Assembly: GCA_017530465.1 (NCBI GenBank)
Contig: JAFXMJ010000367.1
Span: 1 to 27,118 of the forward strand
Length of the DNA: 27,118 bases
Reading direction: 5' to 3'
Source: Bacteroidales bacterium
GTDB taxonomy: Bacteria; Bacteroidota; Bacteroidia; Bacteroidales; UBA3824
Shown here: one piece after another, positions 7,829-16,978 of the stretch
Layout of the letters: each line of letters opens with the position of its first letter
Numbering within the stretch: position 1 is the first letter of the stretch
The notes under the pieces: generated by a model
What the model was told of the DNA's origin: nothing
Databases searched by the model: none
What the model saw: the letters and a program-made list of their open reading frames with translations, nothing else
Position numbers and translations under genes: made by a program

Positions 7829-8599
7829 TTATTTCTTCTTGTCCTGCTTGATAATCTGGTGGAGCTTCACTTCGAAAATCAGGACGCTGTTGCCGGGGAT
7901 GTTGCGGTTGCCTTGCGGGCCGTATCCGAGTTCAGCGGGGATGAAGATTTTCCACTTGCTGCCCACTGACATGAGGGGAATAGCCTCCTGCCAGCCCTTG
8001 ATGACGTTTTTGAGCGGGAATGTTGCGGGCTGTCCGCGGTCGATGGAGCTGTCGAACTTGGTGCCGTCGATGAGTGTGCCTTCGTAGTCGCACTCCACTT
8101 GGTCGTCGATGGTGGGTTTTTTGCCCTTGCCTTCCTCAAGCACGATGTACTGGATACCGTTGGGAAGTGTCACAACGCCGTCTTTCTTGGCGTTTTCCTC
8201 GAGGAATTTCTTGCCTTCTTCGAGGTTGACGGCAGCAATGCTGTCTCTCTTGGCTTGTTCGATGGCTTGCTGCTTGGCTTCGAGTGCCTGCATTGTGGAC
8301 ATAAAGTAGTCTTGCGCTTCCCTGGCTGTCATTTTGAGACTGGTGGTGTCGTTTTTGAGTACCATTTGGAGAGTGGCAAGGAAGTTGTCTTTGTTGACGC
8401 CATCACTCAAAAGTGATGAGAATTCGCTGTCAAACTGCCTTTGCAAGTTGGAACCCATAAGAATGCCCATTGCATAGCTTACGGAATCTGCTTGGGTGTC
8501 CAGTTTAACTTTTTGGGTGGATGTGCTGCCACCGCAAGATGAGAGCATCGTTGCTGTTGCTAATGCTGATGCTGTCAGAATTGATTTTAAATTTTTCAT
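7829..8599 (-). CDS. FKBP-type peptidyl-prolyl cis-trans isomerase (Mip/FklB-like lipoprotein)
   Basis: Lipobox LSSC, N-domain DSVSYAMG, FKBP core YEGTLIDGTKFDSS, VIKGWQEA, LGYG, LIFEVKL. Confidence 0.95.
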   Translation of the reverse strand: MKNLKSILTASALATATMLSSCGGSTSTQKVKLDTQADSVSYAMGILMGSNLQRQFDSEFSSLLSDGVNKDNFLATLQMVLKNDTTSLKMTAREAQDYFMSTMQALEAKQQAIEQAKRDSIAAVNLEEGKKFLEENAKKDGVVTLPNGIQYIVLEEGKGKKPTIDDQVECDYEGTLIDGTKFDSSIDRGQPATFPLKNVIKGWQEAIPLMSVGSKWKIFIPAELGYGPQGNRNIPGNSVLIFEVKLHQIIKQDKKK

Positions 8600-8635
8600 T
8601 TTGTTATTTTGTGTATAAATAGAATCTTGGTTGGG

Positions 8636-9385
8636 TTAGTCGTCGCTGTCGCTGTCATAATCGCCGAAATCAATGTCGCCGAAGTCGTCGTCGTCTTTGA
8701 TGCGGTCGATTACTTGCAGCAGCTCAATGTCGAATATCAGAGTGGAGTTGGCAGGGATTATCTCGGCGGGCGAGAATGAGCCGTAGCCGAGCGCGGACGG
8801 GATGTAGATGATGTATTCTGCACCTTCCGACATCAGCTGCAATGCTTCCGTCATGCCTGAGATGAGTCCGTCAACATTGAACTCCACAGGCTCTTCGTTG
8901 TCGAATGTGCTGTCGAATATTGTGCCGTCGGTGAGCTTGCCTTCGTAATGTACCCTCACTCCGCTGGTGTCGGATGGGTGTTTGCCGTTGCCTTCCTTCA
9001 CAACGCGGTATTGTAGTCCCGATTCGGTCACTTTGATTTCGGGGTCTTTGGCGTTGGCTGCGAGAAATTCTTTTTCGGCAGCGAGAGCCTTTTCGTTCTG
9101 CTCAGCCTCAATCTTGTCGATGTAAGTATTGAGGATGTCCTTTATACGGTCTTCTTCTATCGCCAATTGCTTGTTGTTGCTTACGTCGCTGAATGCCTTG
9201 GCGAGAGCGTCGGTCTTAATGAAGTCCCATTTCTGCTCGGCAAAATTTTTTGCCATCAGGTAGCCAATGCAATAGCTTACAGAATCTTCTGGGGTGGCGA
9301 GTTTTACCTTGTTGTAATACTTTTGTGCAGAGGCAATGTTGCTCAATGCCAATATCGCCGCGATGATTATGATGAATCTTTTCAT
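8636..9385 (-). CDS. FKBP-type peptidyl-prolyl cis-trans isomerase (second paralog)
   Basis: Signal peptide, DSVSYCIG, VHYEGKLTDGTIFDS, LGYG, STLIFDIELL and an acidic C-terminal tail. Confidence 0.92.
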   Translation of the reverse strand: MKRFIIIIAAILALSNIASAQKYYNKVKLATPEDSVSYCIGYLMAKNFAEQKWDFIKTDALAKAFSDVSNNKQLAIEEDRIKDILNTYIDKIEAEQNEKALAAEKEFLAANAKDPEIKVTESGLQYRVVKEGNGKHPSDTSGVRVHYEGKLTDGTIFDSTFDNEEPVEFNVDGLISGMTEALQLMSEGAEYIIYIPSALGYGSFSPAEIIPANSTLIFDIELLQVIDRIKDDDDFGDIDFGDYDSDSDD

Positions 9386-9410
9386 TATATTGTGTCTTTA
9401 ATTTATGTTC

Positions 9411-9471
9411 TTTACTCTATAATCTTTACACTTTAATCTCTCCTCTTTCCTCTTTTCTCTCTCCTCTTTCC
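9411..9471 (-). repeat. Degenerate 7-bp tandem array, family A, copy 2
   Basis: On the minus strand: ggaaa gaggaga gagaaaa gaggaaa gaggaga gattaaa gtgtaaa gattata gagtaaa. Same unit vocabulary as 4351-4427. Confidence 0.85.
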
Positions 9472-9990
9472 TTAGCAGATGGTCGCCAATTCAGTCTTCA
9501 GCACCGAAATTGCCATATTGATGGGTGAATTTGGGAGAGCGGCGTAGTTGTCGATGATTTTTTTGCCGAGTTCGAGAGCTTTGGCGTCCACCGGTACGGT
9601 CTGCGCAGTCTGATTGACGAGCTGCACCATCACGTCTTTGGTATCGGTGACGGCTTTCCATGCATTGTCGCTTACATAAAGCTGTTGCGAGTAGTTGTGC
9701 TCAAACTCTGCTCTGATGGTCGCCAAGAGGTCGCGCTGGAGTTCGATTGCGGTAGATCCGTTTTCGGCGGTGCGGATGACGATGCTCTGCGGCTCCATCC
9801 TTTCCAAAAACAAGACCAGTCTTTCGTATGCCGCGAGCTTGACAGGCAGCACAGTCTTGTTGTTGCCAATCATTAGCTCCATCCGTTCTTTCTGTTCGTC
9901 GTGCTTGTGAAATTGCTTGATCATCAGGTAACTGCATGCAAGCACCACCAACGACGGCAGGGTGTATTTCAGAATTTCAAGTATTTCCAT
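9472..9990 (-). CDS. Conserved Bacteroidota hypothetical membrane-anchored protein
   Basis: N-terminal TM helix (LKYTLPSLVV) and the motif KLAAYERLVLFLER...IRAEFEHNYSQQLYVS..AW, which I recognise from Bacteroidota proteins often found upstream of FKBP pairs. Confidence 0.8.
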   Translation of the reverse strand: MEILEILKYTLPSLVVLACSYLMIKQFHKHDEQKERMELMIGNNKTVLPVKLAAYERLVLFLERMEPQSIVIRTAENGSTAIELQRDLLATIRAEFEHNYSQQLYVSDNAWKAVTDTKDVMVQLVNQTAQTVPVDAKALELGKKIIDNYAALPNSPINMAISVLKTELATIC

Positions 9991-10034
9991 TATGGTTTTT
10001 AATGTTGTGTTTTTGTTTTCTGTTTTTTCCGCGC

Positions 10035-10042
10035 CAAAATTA
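10035..10042 (-). promoter_or_regulatory. -7 element (TAATTTTG, minus strand) of the leftward operon
   Basis: CAAAATTA on the plus strand, 44 nt upstream of the ATG at 9990 in a divergent intergenic region. Confidence 0.6.
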
Positions 10043-10146
10043 ATAATTATTTGTCAATTTTTGGATACAAATTCCCACAAAAAATATTTTTTGTGGCATG
10101 GACTAATATTTTTGTGATTTTCTTTCTGCAAGTTGGATTACTTGTT

Positions 10147-10154
10147 TAAATTTG
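10147..10154 (+). promoter_or_regulatory. -7 element (TAAATTTG) of the rightward operon
   Basis: Consensus match 23 nt upstream of the ATG at 10178. It lies inside the ORF-track extension, which supports the later start. Confidence 0.7.
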
Positions 10155-10177
10155 CAGTTGGAAAACATTATCAAGAA

Positions 10178-11410
10178 ATGAGAGTATATTTCAGACATCT
10201 TTTGCCGTTGGTGCTGTGCGCGGTGGTTGCGGGCTGTATGCCAAAGGCAAAGAACGAATTGCGAACTAAGTTCGAGCTTTTGGGCGAGTTTGACGGTATG
10301 GCGGGCGACGTAGCCTATCTCAAGCTCGTCAGGGACAATGGCTACGAGTTCATTGACTCTGCCACGGTGGATGCCAACGGGCGTTTCAGTCTCGAGGGCG
10401 GCATCGCGGGGCCCGATTTTTACATATTGCATTTCGCTTCCGACAATAGCCGGCAGATTACACTCATCCCCGACACCGCTCAGGTATTGACGGTAAAGGG
10501 ACGTGCAGCCGATTTCCCCGATAGTTACGAGGTGACAGGCTCGCCCGAAAGCGAGAGCGTTTGCCAGCTTGTACATCATATACGCCATACACGGGATGTC
10601 CTCGATTCGCTCGGGCGCATTTTCCGCTCCAACATCGACTCTCCCGACCTCGCCGACGTCAAGTATAAGCTCGATTCGGTGTATTCGGTCGTGTGCAAGG
10701 GACAGAGAAAATTCTCGGAGGATTTCCTGAAGGCGCATCCCGACGCACTCGCGCAGATTGTCTGCCTGTCGCAGTACATCGCTCCAAAGATGCCGGTCTT
10801 TGACCCCGCCAAGGATTTCGATATTTATAATAATGTGTCGGAACGATTGTCGGCGCGTTTCCCAAATCATCTTCAGACTCAGAAACTTGTTGCATACGTA
10901 GAAAAAATGCGTCTTTCTCAGGGCATCGGCTCGCAGTCGCATAACAAGGTCTCCAAAGGTGACGAGGCTCCCGACATTGCTTTGCGTAGCATCAAGGGCG
11001 ATACGGTGAGACTCTCGTCTCTAAAAGGCAAATACATCCTGCTCGACTTCTGGGCGTCGTGGTCGGACGTGTCTAAAATCAATGCCGAAAACCTCAACAA
11101 GATATACTGGAAATACCATTACAACAATTTTGTAGTATATCAAGTTGCCCTTGAGGAGAAAGCCGACGCTTGGAAAAACGGGCTCAAGGCGCAGAAGATA
11201 CCGTGGATTTCGGTCTCCGACTTGAAGCTATGGAGCTCCTCGGCGGCAGAGACTTACGGTGTGAGGGCGTTTCCGGCAAGTTTCTTGATAGGTCCCGATT
11301 TCAAGGTGCTTGACGTCAACCCCACCGCCGACCAGCTCGACGAAAGGTTGCTGCAGCTTGTTGGCAAGCCTATCAAGAGGGGACTGGACTCAATTAAAGT
11401 TGCAAAGTAA
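10178..11410 (+). CDS. DUF4369/TlpA (AhpC-TSA)-like thioredoxin-fold lipoprotein without CxxC
   Basis: Start reassigned from 10133 to the ATG at 10178, giving a signal peptide with lipobox VAGC. The C-terminal region reads APDIAL...GKYILLDFWASWSDVS...YGVRAFPASFLI. Confidence 0.85.
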   Translation: MRVYFRHLLPLVLCAVVAGCMPKAKNELRTKFELLGEFDGMAGDVAYLKLVRDNGYEFIDSATVDANGRFSLEGGIAGPDFYILHFASDNSRQITLIPDTAQVLTVKGRAADFPDSYEVTGSPESESVCQLVHHIRHTRDVLDSLGRIFRSNIDSPDLADVKYKLDSVYSVVCKGQRKFSEDFLKAHPDALAQIVCLSQYIAPKMPVFDPAKDFDIYNNVSERLSARFPNHLQTQKLVAYVEKMRLSQGIGSQSHNKVSKGDEAPDIALRSIKGDTVRLSSLKGKYILLDFWASWSDVSKINAENLNKIYWKYHYNNFVVYQVALEEKADAWKNGLKAQKIPWISVSDLKLWSSSAAETYGVRAFPASFLIGPDFKVLDVNPTADQLDERLLQLVGKPIKRGLDSIKVAK

Positions 11411-11440
11411 ACATTACATAAACTCGTAATTCGCATTAAT

Positions 11441-13222
11441 ATGAAAGAATTTTTGAAAATGACGGGTGCGGTGCTTACCGGACTGTGCTTATGGGGAATC
11501 GTGCAGGCGTTCTTCATGTTTATTTCGTTTGCAATGATGTTTGCAAGCCTTGGCAAAGCCGACAAGAAAAAGGTCGCCGTCGTGGAAGACTATTCGGTGC
11601 TGCGCATCAACCTCAGCGACGCCATCGCCGACCGTTCGAGCACCGACTATGCCAGCATCTACAGCTCGTTTTCCTTTGACAAGGTGCAGAGGATGGGTCT
11701 CAACGATATTAGCCGCTGCTTGTACAAGGCTGCCAACGATGACAAGATATTGGGTCTGTGCATCAATTGCTCCGACTACAACATCGAGGACATCGCCACT
11801 GCCGACGCGCTCAGGGAGCTGATTGTGGAATTCAAAAGACGTTCGCACAAGCCTGTCTATGCATTCTCCAACAGCTACAACAATTTCGACTATTACATCG
11901 CCACCGCTTGTGACAGCGTTTATATGAGGACTTTCGGCGACTTCGCGCTCACCGGCCTTTGTTCGCAGTCACTATATTATAAAGGTGCGCTCGATAAGTT
12001 TGGCATCCAGCCGCAAGTAATCCGCCACGGCAAATTCAAGGCCGCCGTGGAGCCGTACTTGCAGGAGAAGATGTCGGACGCCAATAAGCTCCAGATTACC
12101 ACCTACCTCACCGACATTTGGAATGTAGTCGCCAATGCCATCACCGAAGGTCGCGGCATAGAGCGCGCCACCATCGACAAGCTTGTTAGCTCGCTCGATT
12201 GCTACAGCAACGACAAGGTTTGCTTGGACGAGCATTTTCTCGATGGCGTGATGCTGGAGAGCGACTTCGACCTCAAGTTGTCCGCTGAGATGGGTTCGGA
12301 GAATGAGGACGGCAATCCCAAGTACATCTCAATTGACAAATACGCCGATTCCATCACCGATACCGACAAGAGTACCAACGAGGTCGCAGTCTTGTATGCC
12401 GCAGGTGAGATTGTAAGTGAAGACGAAGGCGAGCAGTGCATCACATCCAAGGCTCTCGTGGAAGACATCAAGTCTGTTGCTAAAAATGACGACGTGAAGG
12501 CTGTGGTGCTCCGCATCAATTCGCCGGGCGGCTCGGCTGTGGAGGCTGAAATCATTTATCAGGAGTTGCTCAAATTGAAGGCGGAGAAGCCAATTGTGGT
12601 TTCGATGGGTGGCTACGCGGCGTCGGGCGGCTATTATATTGCCTCTTGCGCTGATAGGATTTTCGCTGAGCCTAATACCATCACCGGCTCCATCGGTGTA
12701 TTTGGTCTGCTGCTCTGCCCGCAAAAACTCCTCAACAACACTCTCGGCATCAACATTGAGACCGTGAAGACGCACGACAAGTCCGACTTTATGTCAGCAA
12801 TGGAGCCAAAGTCGGCGTCGCAAATCGCAGTGTTGCAGCGCAGCGTGGAGAATGTTTACGATGTATTCCTCCAGCACGTTGCCGACGGTCGCAATATGAC
12901 TGTTGCTCAGGTGGATTCGATAGCACAAGGACGTGTCTGGACAGGCACAACTGCATCGCAGATAGGTCTCGTGGACGAACTTGGCGGACTTGAGGAGGCT
13001 ATCCTCTACGCCGCACAGCTTGCCGAACTCGAAGACGGCTACAAGGTGAAGGAATATCCCGAGGAGGGTGACGAAAGCATTATGAAGATATTCTCGCAAC
13101 TCACCGGCGGTGCGGCGCGTGTGTTCTATGGTGACGAAATCTACGAGCAGCGCAAATTTGTGGAAGCCTTCAAGCATCGCACAGGCGTTCAAGCATTGGC
13201 GGTGAAAACCACTATCCGATAA
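11441..13222 (+). CDS. sppA: Signal peptide peptidase SppA (protease IV, long 67K type)
   Basis: HGKFKAAVEP, LRINSPGGS, VSMGGYAASGGYY, TITGSIGV, IAQGRVWTG, GLVDELGG. Confidence 0.95.
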   Translation: MKEFLKMTGAVLTGLCLWGIVQAFFMFISFAMMFASLGKADKKKVAVVEDYSVLRINLSDAIADRSSTDYASIYSSFSFDKVQRMGLNDISRCLYKAANDDKILGLCINCSDYNIEDIATADALRELIVEFKRRSHKPVYAFSNSYNNFDYYIATACDSVYMRTFGDFALTGLCSQSLYYKGALDKFGIQPQVIRHGKFKAAVEPYLQEKMSDANKLQITTYLTDIWNVVANAITEGRGIERATIDKLVSSLDCYSNDKVCLDEHFLDGVMLESDFDLKLSAEMGSENEDGNPKYISIDKYADSITDTDKSTNEVAVLYAAGEIVSEDEGEQCITSKALVEDIKSVAKNDDVKAVVLRINSPGGSAVEAEIIYQELLKLKAEKPIVVSMGGYAASGGYYIASCADRIFAEPNTITGSIGVFGLLLCPQKLLNNTLGINIETVKTHDKSDFMSAMEPKSASQIAVLQRSVENVYDVFLQHVADGRNMTVAQVDSIAQGRVWTGTTASQIGLVDELGGLEEAILYAAQLAELEDGYKVKEYPEEGDESIMKIFSQLTGGAARVFYGDEIYEQRKFVEAFKHRTGVQALAVKTTIR

Positions 13223-13252
13223 ATAGAAAGTTATTTTTAATACCAATATAGA

Positions 13253-15073
13253 ATGGAACTTAAAAGCAAAGTAAATACATCAGGTCGCCTTATGGCGGCG
13301 GCACGTGGACTTTGGCGTGCCAACGGTATGAAAGAGGAGCATTTTGGCAAGCCGATTATTGCCATCGCCAATTCTTTCACGGAGTTTGTGCCGGGACACG
13401 TTCACCTCAATGAGTGCGCCCGCATCGTAAAGGAAACTGTTGAAAAACTCGGCTGTTTTGCGGCTGAGTTCAATACGATAGCCATCGACGACGGCATCGC
13501 TATGGGACACGACGGTATGCTCTACTCCCTGCCGAGCCGTGAAATCATCGCCGACAGCGTGGAGTACATGTGTCAGGCACACAAGGCTGATGCATTGGTC
13601 TGCATCTCCAACTGCGACAAGATTACCCCTGGTATGCTTATGGCGTCAATGCGCCTCAACATCCCGACTATCTTCGTATCGGGCGGCGCAATGGAGGCTG
13701 GTCGTTATAACAACGGCAAAATCGACCTCATTGACGCAATGATTATGGGTGGCGACAGCAATGTCCCCGAGGAGGAACTCGCCAAGGTGGAGAAGATTGC
13801 TTGTCCTACTTGTGGATGCTGCTCGGGTATGTTTACCGCCAATTCGATGAACTGCCTCACCGAAGCCCTCGGACTTTCGCTCCCAGGCAACGGCACTATC
13901 GTGGCTACTCACGTCAACCGCAAACGACTCTTTGAGGACGCTGGCAAGCGCATCGTGGAACTCGCTTACAAGTATTACCGCGACAACGATTCGTCGCTCC
14001 TGCCCAAGAGCATTGCAACAAAGGCTGCGTTCACCAATGCAATGGCTCTCGATATTGCAATGGGCGGTTCTACTAACACAGTGCTTCACCTCTTGGCAGT
14101 AGCACAGGAGGCGGGAGTCGATTTCAAGATGAAGGACATCGACGAACTCAGCCGCCGTGTTTCCTGCATTTGCAAGGTTGCCCCCAATACTCACGACTAC
14201 CACATCGAGGAAGTTAACCGTGCTGGCGGCATCCTCAACATCCTCGGCGAATTGGCTAAGAAAAACCTCCTCGACCTCTCCTGCAAGCGTACTGACGGTC
14301 TTACGCTCGGTGAAGCCATCGACAAATATTCTATCCTTAAAGCCAACATCGACCCCGAGGCTCAGCGCATCTACTCGTCGGCTGCATCGGGCAAGGTTGG
14401 TCTGCTGAGGGTTGCAAGTCAGGATACACGTTGGGAATCTCTCGACACCGACCGCGCCAATGGTTGCATCCGCGATATGGAGCACGCCTACACCAAGGAC
14501 GGCGGCATCGCTGTTTTGTTTGGCAACATCGCCAAAGACGGCTGCGTAGTGAAGACAGCTGGCGTAAGCGAGAAGATTTTCAAATTCTCCGGTACGGCAA
14601 AGGTTTACGATTCGCAGGAACAGGCAGTGGCAGCCATTCTCGGCGACAAGGTGAAGGCTGGCGATGTAGTTGTAATCAAGTACGAAGGCCCCAAGGGCGG
14701 TCCCGGTATGCAGGAAATGCTCTACCCGACTTCTTACCTCAAATCCAAACATTTGGGCGACAAATGCGCCCTCATCACCGACGGACGTTTCTCCGGCGGC
14801 ACATCGGGTTTGTCGGTAGGACACGTTAGCCCCGAGGCAGCTTCGCACGGTGCTTTTGCACTCATCGAGGACGGCGACATCATCGAATTTGACATCCTCG
14901 CCCGCAGCGTCAACCTCAAAATCTCCGACGAGGAACTCAACCGCCGCCGCGCCGCTATGGATGCCGACCCCAACGGCTACAAGCCCAAGCGCGATCGCGT
15001 GGTCAGCAAGGCTCTCCAGCTCTATGCCGCACACGCCGAGAGCGCAGACAAAGGCGCAGTAAGGGTGCTGTAA
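13253..15073 (+). CDS. ilvD: Dihydroxy-acid dehydratase
   Basis: [84 protein letters not shown]. Confidence 0.97.
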   Translation: MELKSKVNTSGRLMAAARGLWRANGMKEEHFGKPIIAIANSFTEFVPGHVHLNECARIVKETVEKLGCFAAEFNTIAIDDGIAMGHDGMLYSLPSREIIADSVEYMCQAHKADALVCISNCDKITPGMLMASMRLNIPTIFVSGGAMEAGRYNNGKIDLIDAMIMGGDSNVPEEELAKVEKIACPTCGCCSGMFTANSMNCLTEALGLSLPGNGTIVATHVNRKRLFEDAGKRIVELAYKYYRDNDSSLLPKSIATKAAFTNAMALDIAMGGSTNTVLHLLAVAQEAGVDFKMKDIDELSRRVSCICKVAPNTHDYHIEEVNRAGGILNILGELAKKNLLDLSCKRTDGLTLGEAIDKYSILKANIDPEAQRIYSSAASGKVGLLRVASQDTRWESLDTDRANGCIRDMEHAYTKDGGIAVLFGNIAKDGCVVKTAGVSEKIFKFSGTAKVYDSQEQAVAAILGDKVKAGDVVVIKYEGPKGGPGMQEMLYPTSYLKSKHLGDKCALITDGRFSGGTSGLSVGHVSPEAASHGAFALIEDGDIIEFDILARSVNLKISDEELNRRRAAMDADPNGYKPKRDRVVSKALQLYAAHAESADKGAVRVL

Positions 15074-15100
15074 GATAATTATTTTTATTTCGTTTCTTTT

Positions 15101-15133
15101 AGGGTAGCCCTCACGGACTACCCTTTGTGTTTT
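15101..15133 (+). terminator. Rho-independent terminator after ilvD
   Basis: Stem AGGGTAGCCC / GGACTACCCT with one mismatch, loop TCAC, followed by TTGTGTTTT. Confidence 0.7.
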
Positions 15134-15243
15134 CGCACCGTTGATGCTTATTTTTTTTACAATAATTAACATCCAAGATTACACCTTATAAATCTTTATC
15201 CATTAATTATTTACGATAATTATTACCACTTAAAAACCCTTTT

Positions 15244-15340
15244 AACTGAAAAATTAGTTTAAAAACTGATGAATAAATTTGCATAACTTAAAAATAAGTT
15301 ATAAAATTGCATTGTCAATTAACGAACTAAAATTTAAGTT
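15244..15340. promoter_or_regulatory. Three AACT-N8-AGTT inverted-repeat sites (putative BlaI operators)
   Basis: AACTGAAAAATTAGTT (15244-15259), AACTTAAAAATAAGTT (15285-15300, extends to the palindromic arms ATAACTT/AAGTTAT) and AACTAAAATTTAAGTT (15325-15340, abutting the ATG). Confidence 0.7.
15274..15281 (+). promoter_or_regulatory. -7 element (TAAATTTG) of the blaI-like operon
   Basis: Consensus match located between operator-like sites 1 and 2. Confidence 0.65.
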
Positions 15341-15703
15341 ATGGAAGCATTAACAAAAGCAGAAGAGAAGGTGATGCAGATTCTTTGGAGTCTCAAGAAG
15401 GCTTTCGTCAAGGACGTCATCGAGAAGATGGACGATCCCAAGCCGCCTTACAATACCATCAGCTCCGTAGTCAGGATTTTGGTGGAAAAGGGCTTCGTGA
15501 GTTTCAAGGCGTACGGCAGGACTTACGAGTATTTCCCGATAATCTCCAAGTTGCAGTACAAGAAGTTTACCTTCGGGCAGATGTTGCGCAACTACTTTGA
15601 CGGCAGCTATGAAACAATGGTTTCGTATATGGTGGACGAGGAGCAAATAAGCGATTCGGAAATCAACGAAATCAAAAAAATCATCGACAAAAAAAGTAGT
15701 TAG
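15341..15703 (+). CDS. BlaI/MecI/CopY family transcriptional repressor
   Basis: LTKAEEKVMQILW...FVKDVIE...PKPPYNTISSVVRILVEKGFV...GRTYEYFP...YFDGS, directly upstream of an M56 gene. Confidence 0.95.
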   Translation: MEALTKAEEKVMQILWSLKKAFVKDVIEKMDDPKPPYNTISSVVRILVEKGFVSFKAYGRTYEYFPIISKLQYKKFTFGQMLRNYFDGSYETMVSYMVDEEQISDSEINEIKKIIDKKSS

Positions 15704-15706
15704 ATC

Positions 15707-16978
15707 GTGGTTGCGCTGCTCGCATATACGGTGGAGGTTGGCGTAGTGTTCGCCGTGTTGATTGCCATATACAGGCACGTCTATTACGGCATCAGCTACA
15801 ATAAGTGGGAGCGTGGGTATCTGCTTGCGGCTACGGCGGCGAGTTACCTGCTGCCGCTTTTGAAGGCGGGCTATGTGATGCGCCCCGTGCCAAAACCTAC
15901 CGACCACATCGTAGAGATTGTGCAGCGTTGCAGCGATTACGATGTAGTGACCCTCAGCCGCCCGAAATGGACGGAAGGATTTTGGGACACTTTTACACAC
16001 TCAACGGTCTTTGAAAATATTATCGCGGTGCTGTTTGCGGTATATGTGGCAGGCGTGGCAGTCAAGCTGTTTAGCTTTGTGCGCGGGCTTATGAAGTCGC
16101 TCAGGCTCAAGGCTCGTTCCCAAAAGGTGAGGAGCATTGACGGCGTGGATGTTTACAATACCGATGTCAATACAGTGGCGTTTTCATTCTTCGGCAACAT
16201 CTTTCTCGGCGCAAAGTCGAGGGGACTGTCGGATGCGGAGATGGACATCGTAATCAGGCATGAGATGCAGCACGTGGCTGGGCGTCATTCGGTGGATACA
16301 TTGGTCTTTGGATTATATTCCGTATTGCAATGGTGGAATCCGATGGCAAGGCTTGCGGCGCGATATTCGAGGATTGTCTGCGAAAACATTGCCGATTCGC
16401 AGGCTGTGGGCGACGGCAAGCTCACCGAATATTCTAAGCTCGTGCTTGGTCTTGGCATCAAAAACCGCGACGAATCCGCCGCCGTTGCCATCAGACGCTC
16501 AAGGCGCAAGAGCCCACTCGTGGACAGGATAGCGCAATTGCTCAATACCGACAGCGTAAATATCAGAAGGATAAGATTTTACGCGGCGTTGCCAGTGTTG
16601 GCAGTTGCCATTGCCGCCTATATCGCATACGTCGGTATGCTCACCCCAATAGACCCGCGTTACGATATGCCGGTGCGTGGCGGCTACGAAGTGGTGGCGG
16701 GATTCTTCAACGACCAGAAGATTTGTAACGCTGATGGCAAGGTTTACGTGGTTTCGCACAAGCTCGTCAATCTCTGTCTCGCCGATGGCGCGGTGATAGT
16801 GCCGCCCGCAGGTGCTGGCAATGTGCAGAGGGATGCCAATGGTTGCAAATTCTGTATCGGCAATTACACCGTCACAATAGAAGGCATTGCCGTCAATGAC
16901 AACGAAAACCCGGCGTCGCTCATCGTTACCGACCAGAAAGGCAACGCTATCGACCCACAATTAGTATTCAAGCTATGA
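15707..16978 (+). CDS. M56 family (BlaR1-like) metallopeptidase with degenerate M23-like C-terminal domain
   Basis: GTG start, N-terminal TM helices, AFSFFGNIF, HEMQH zinc motif, QWWNP...CENIADS..V, then a TM helix and a C-terminal domain ending GNAIDP. Confidence 0.88.
   Translation: MVALLAYTVEVGVVFAVLIAIYRHVYYGISYNKWERGYLLAATAASYLLPLLKAGYVMRPVPKPTDHIVEIVQRCSDYDVVTLSRPKWTEGFWDTFTHSTVFENIIAVLFAVYVAGVAVKLFSFVRGLMKSLRLKARSQKVRSIDGVDVYNTDVNTVAFSFFGNIFLGAKSRGLSDAEMDIVIRHEMQHVAGRHSVDTLVFGLYSVLQWWNPMARLAARYSRIVCENIADSQAVGDGKLTEYSKLVLGLGIKNRDESAAVAIRRSRRKSPLVDRIAQLLNTDSVNIRRIRFYAALPVLAVAIAAYIAYVGMLTPIDPRYDMPVRGGYEVVAGFFNDQKICNADGKVYVVSHKLVNLCLADGAVIVPPAGAGNVQRDANGCKFCIGNYTVTIEGIAVNDNENPASLIVTDQKGNAIDPQLVFKL

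Noticed and set aside
10133-10177. N-terminal extension of the TlpA-like ORF given by the track
   Set aside because: It overlaps the -7 promoter element, and the ATG at 10178 gives a proper lipoprotein signal peptide.
13646-15172. 508-aa minus-strand ORF
   Set aside because: It is the antisense shadow of ilvD, caused by the biased codon usage of the sense gene. It has no recognisable motifs or start context.
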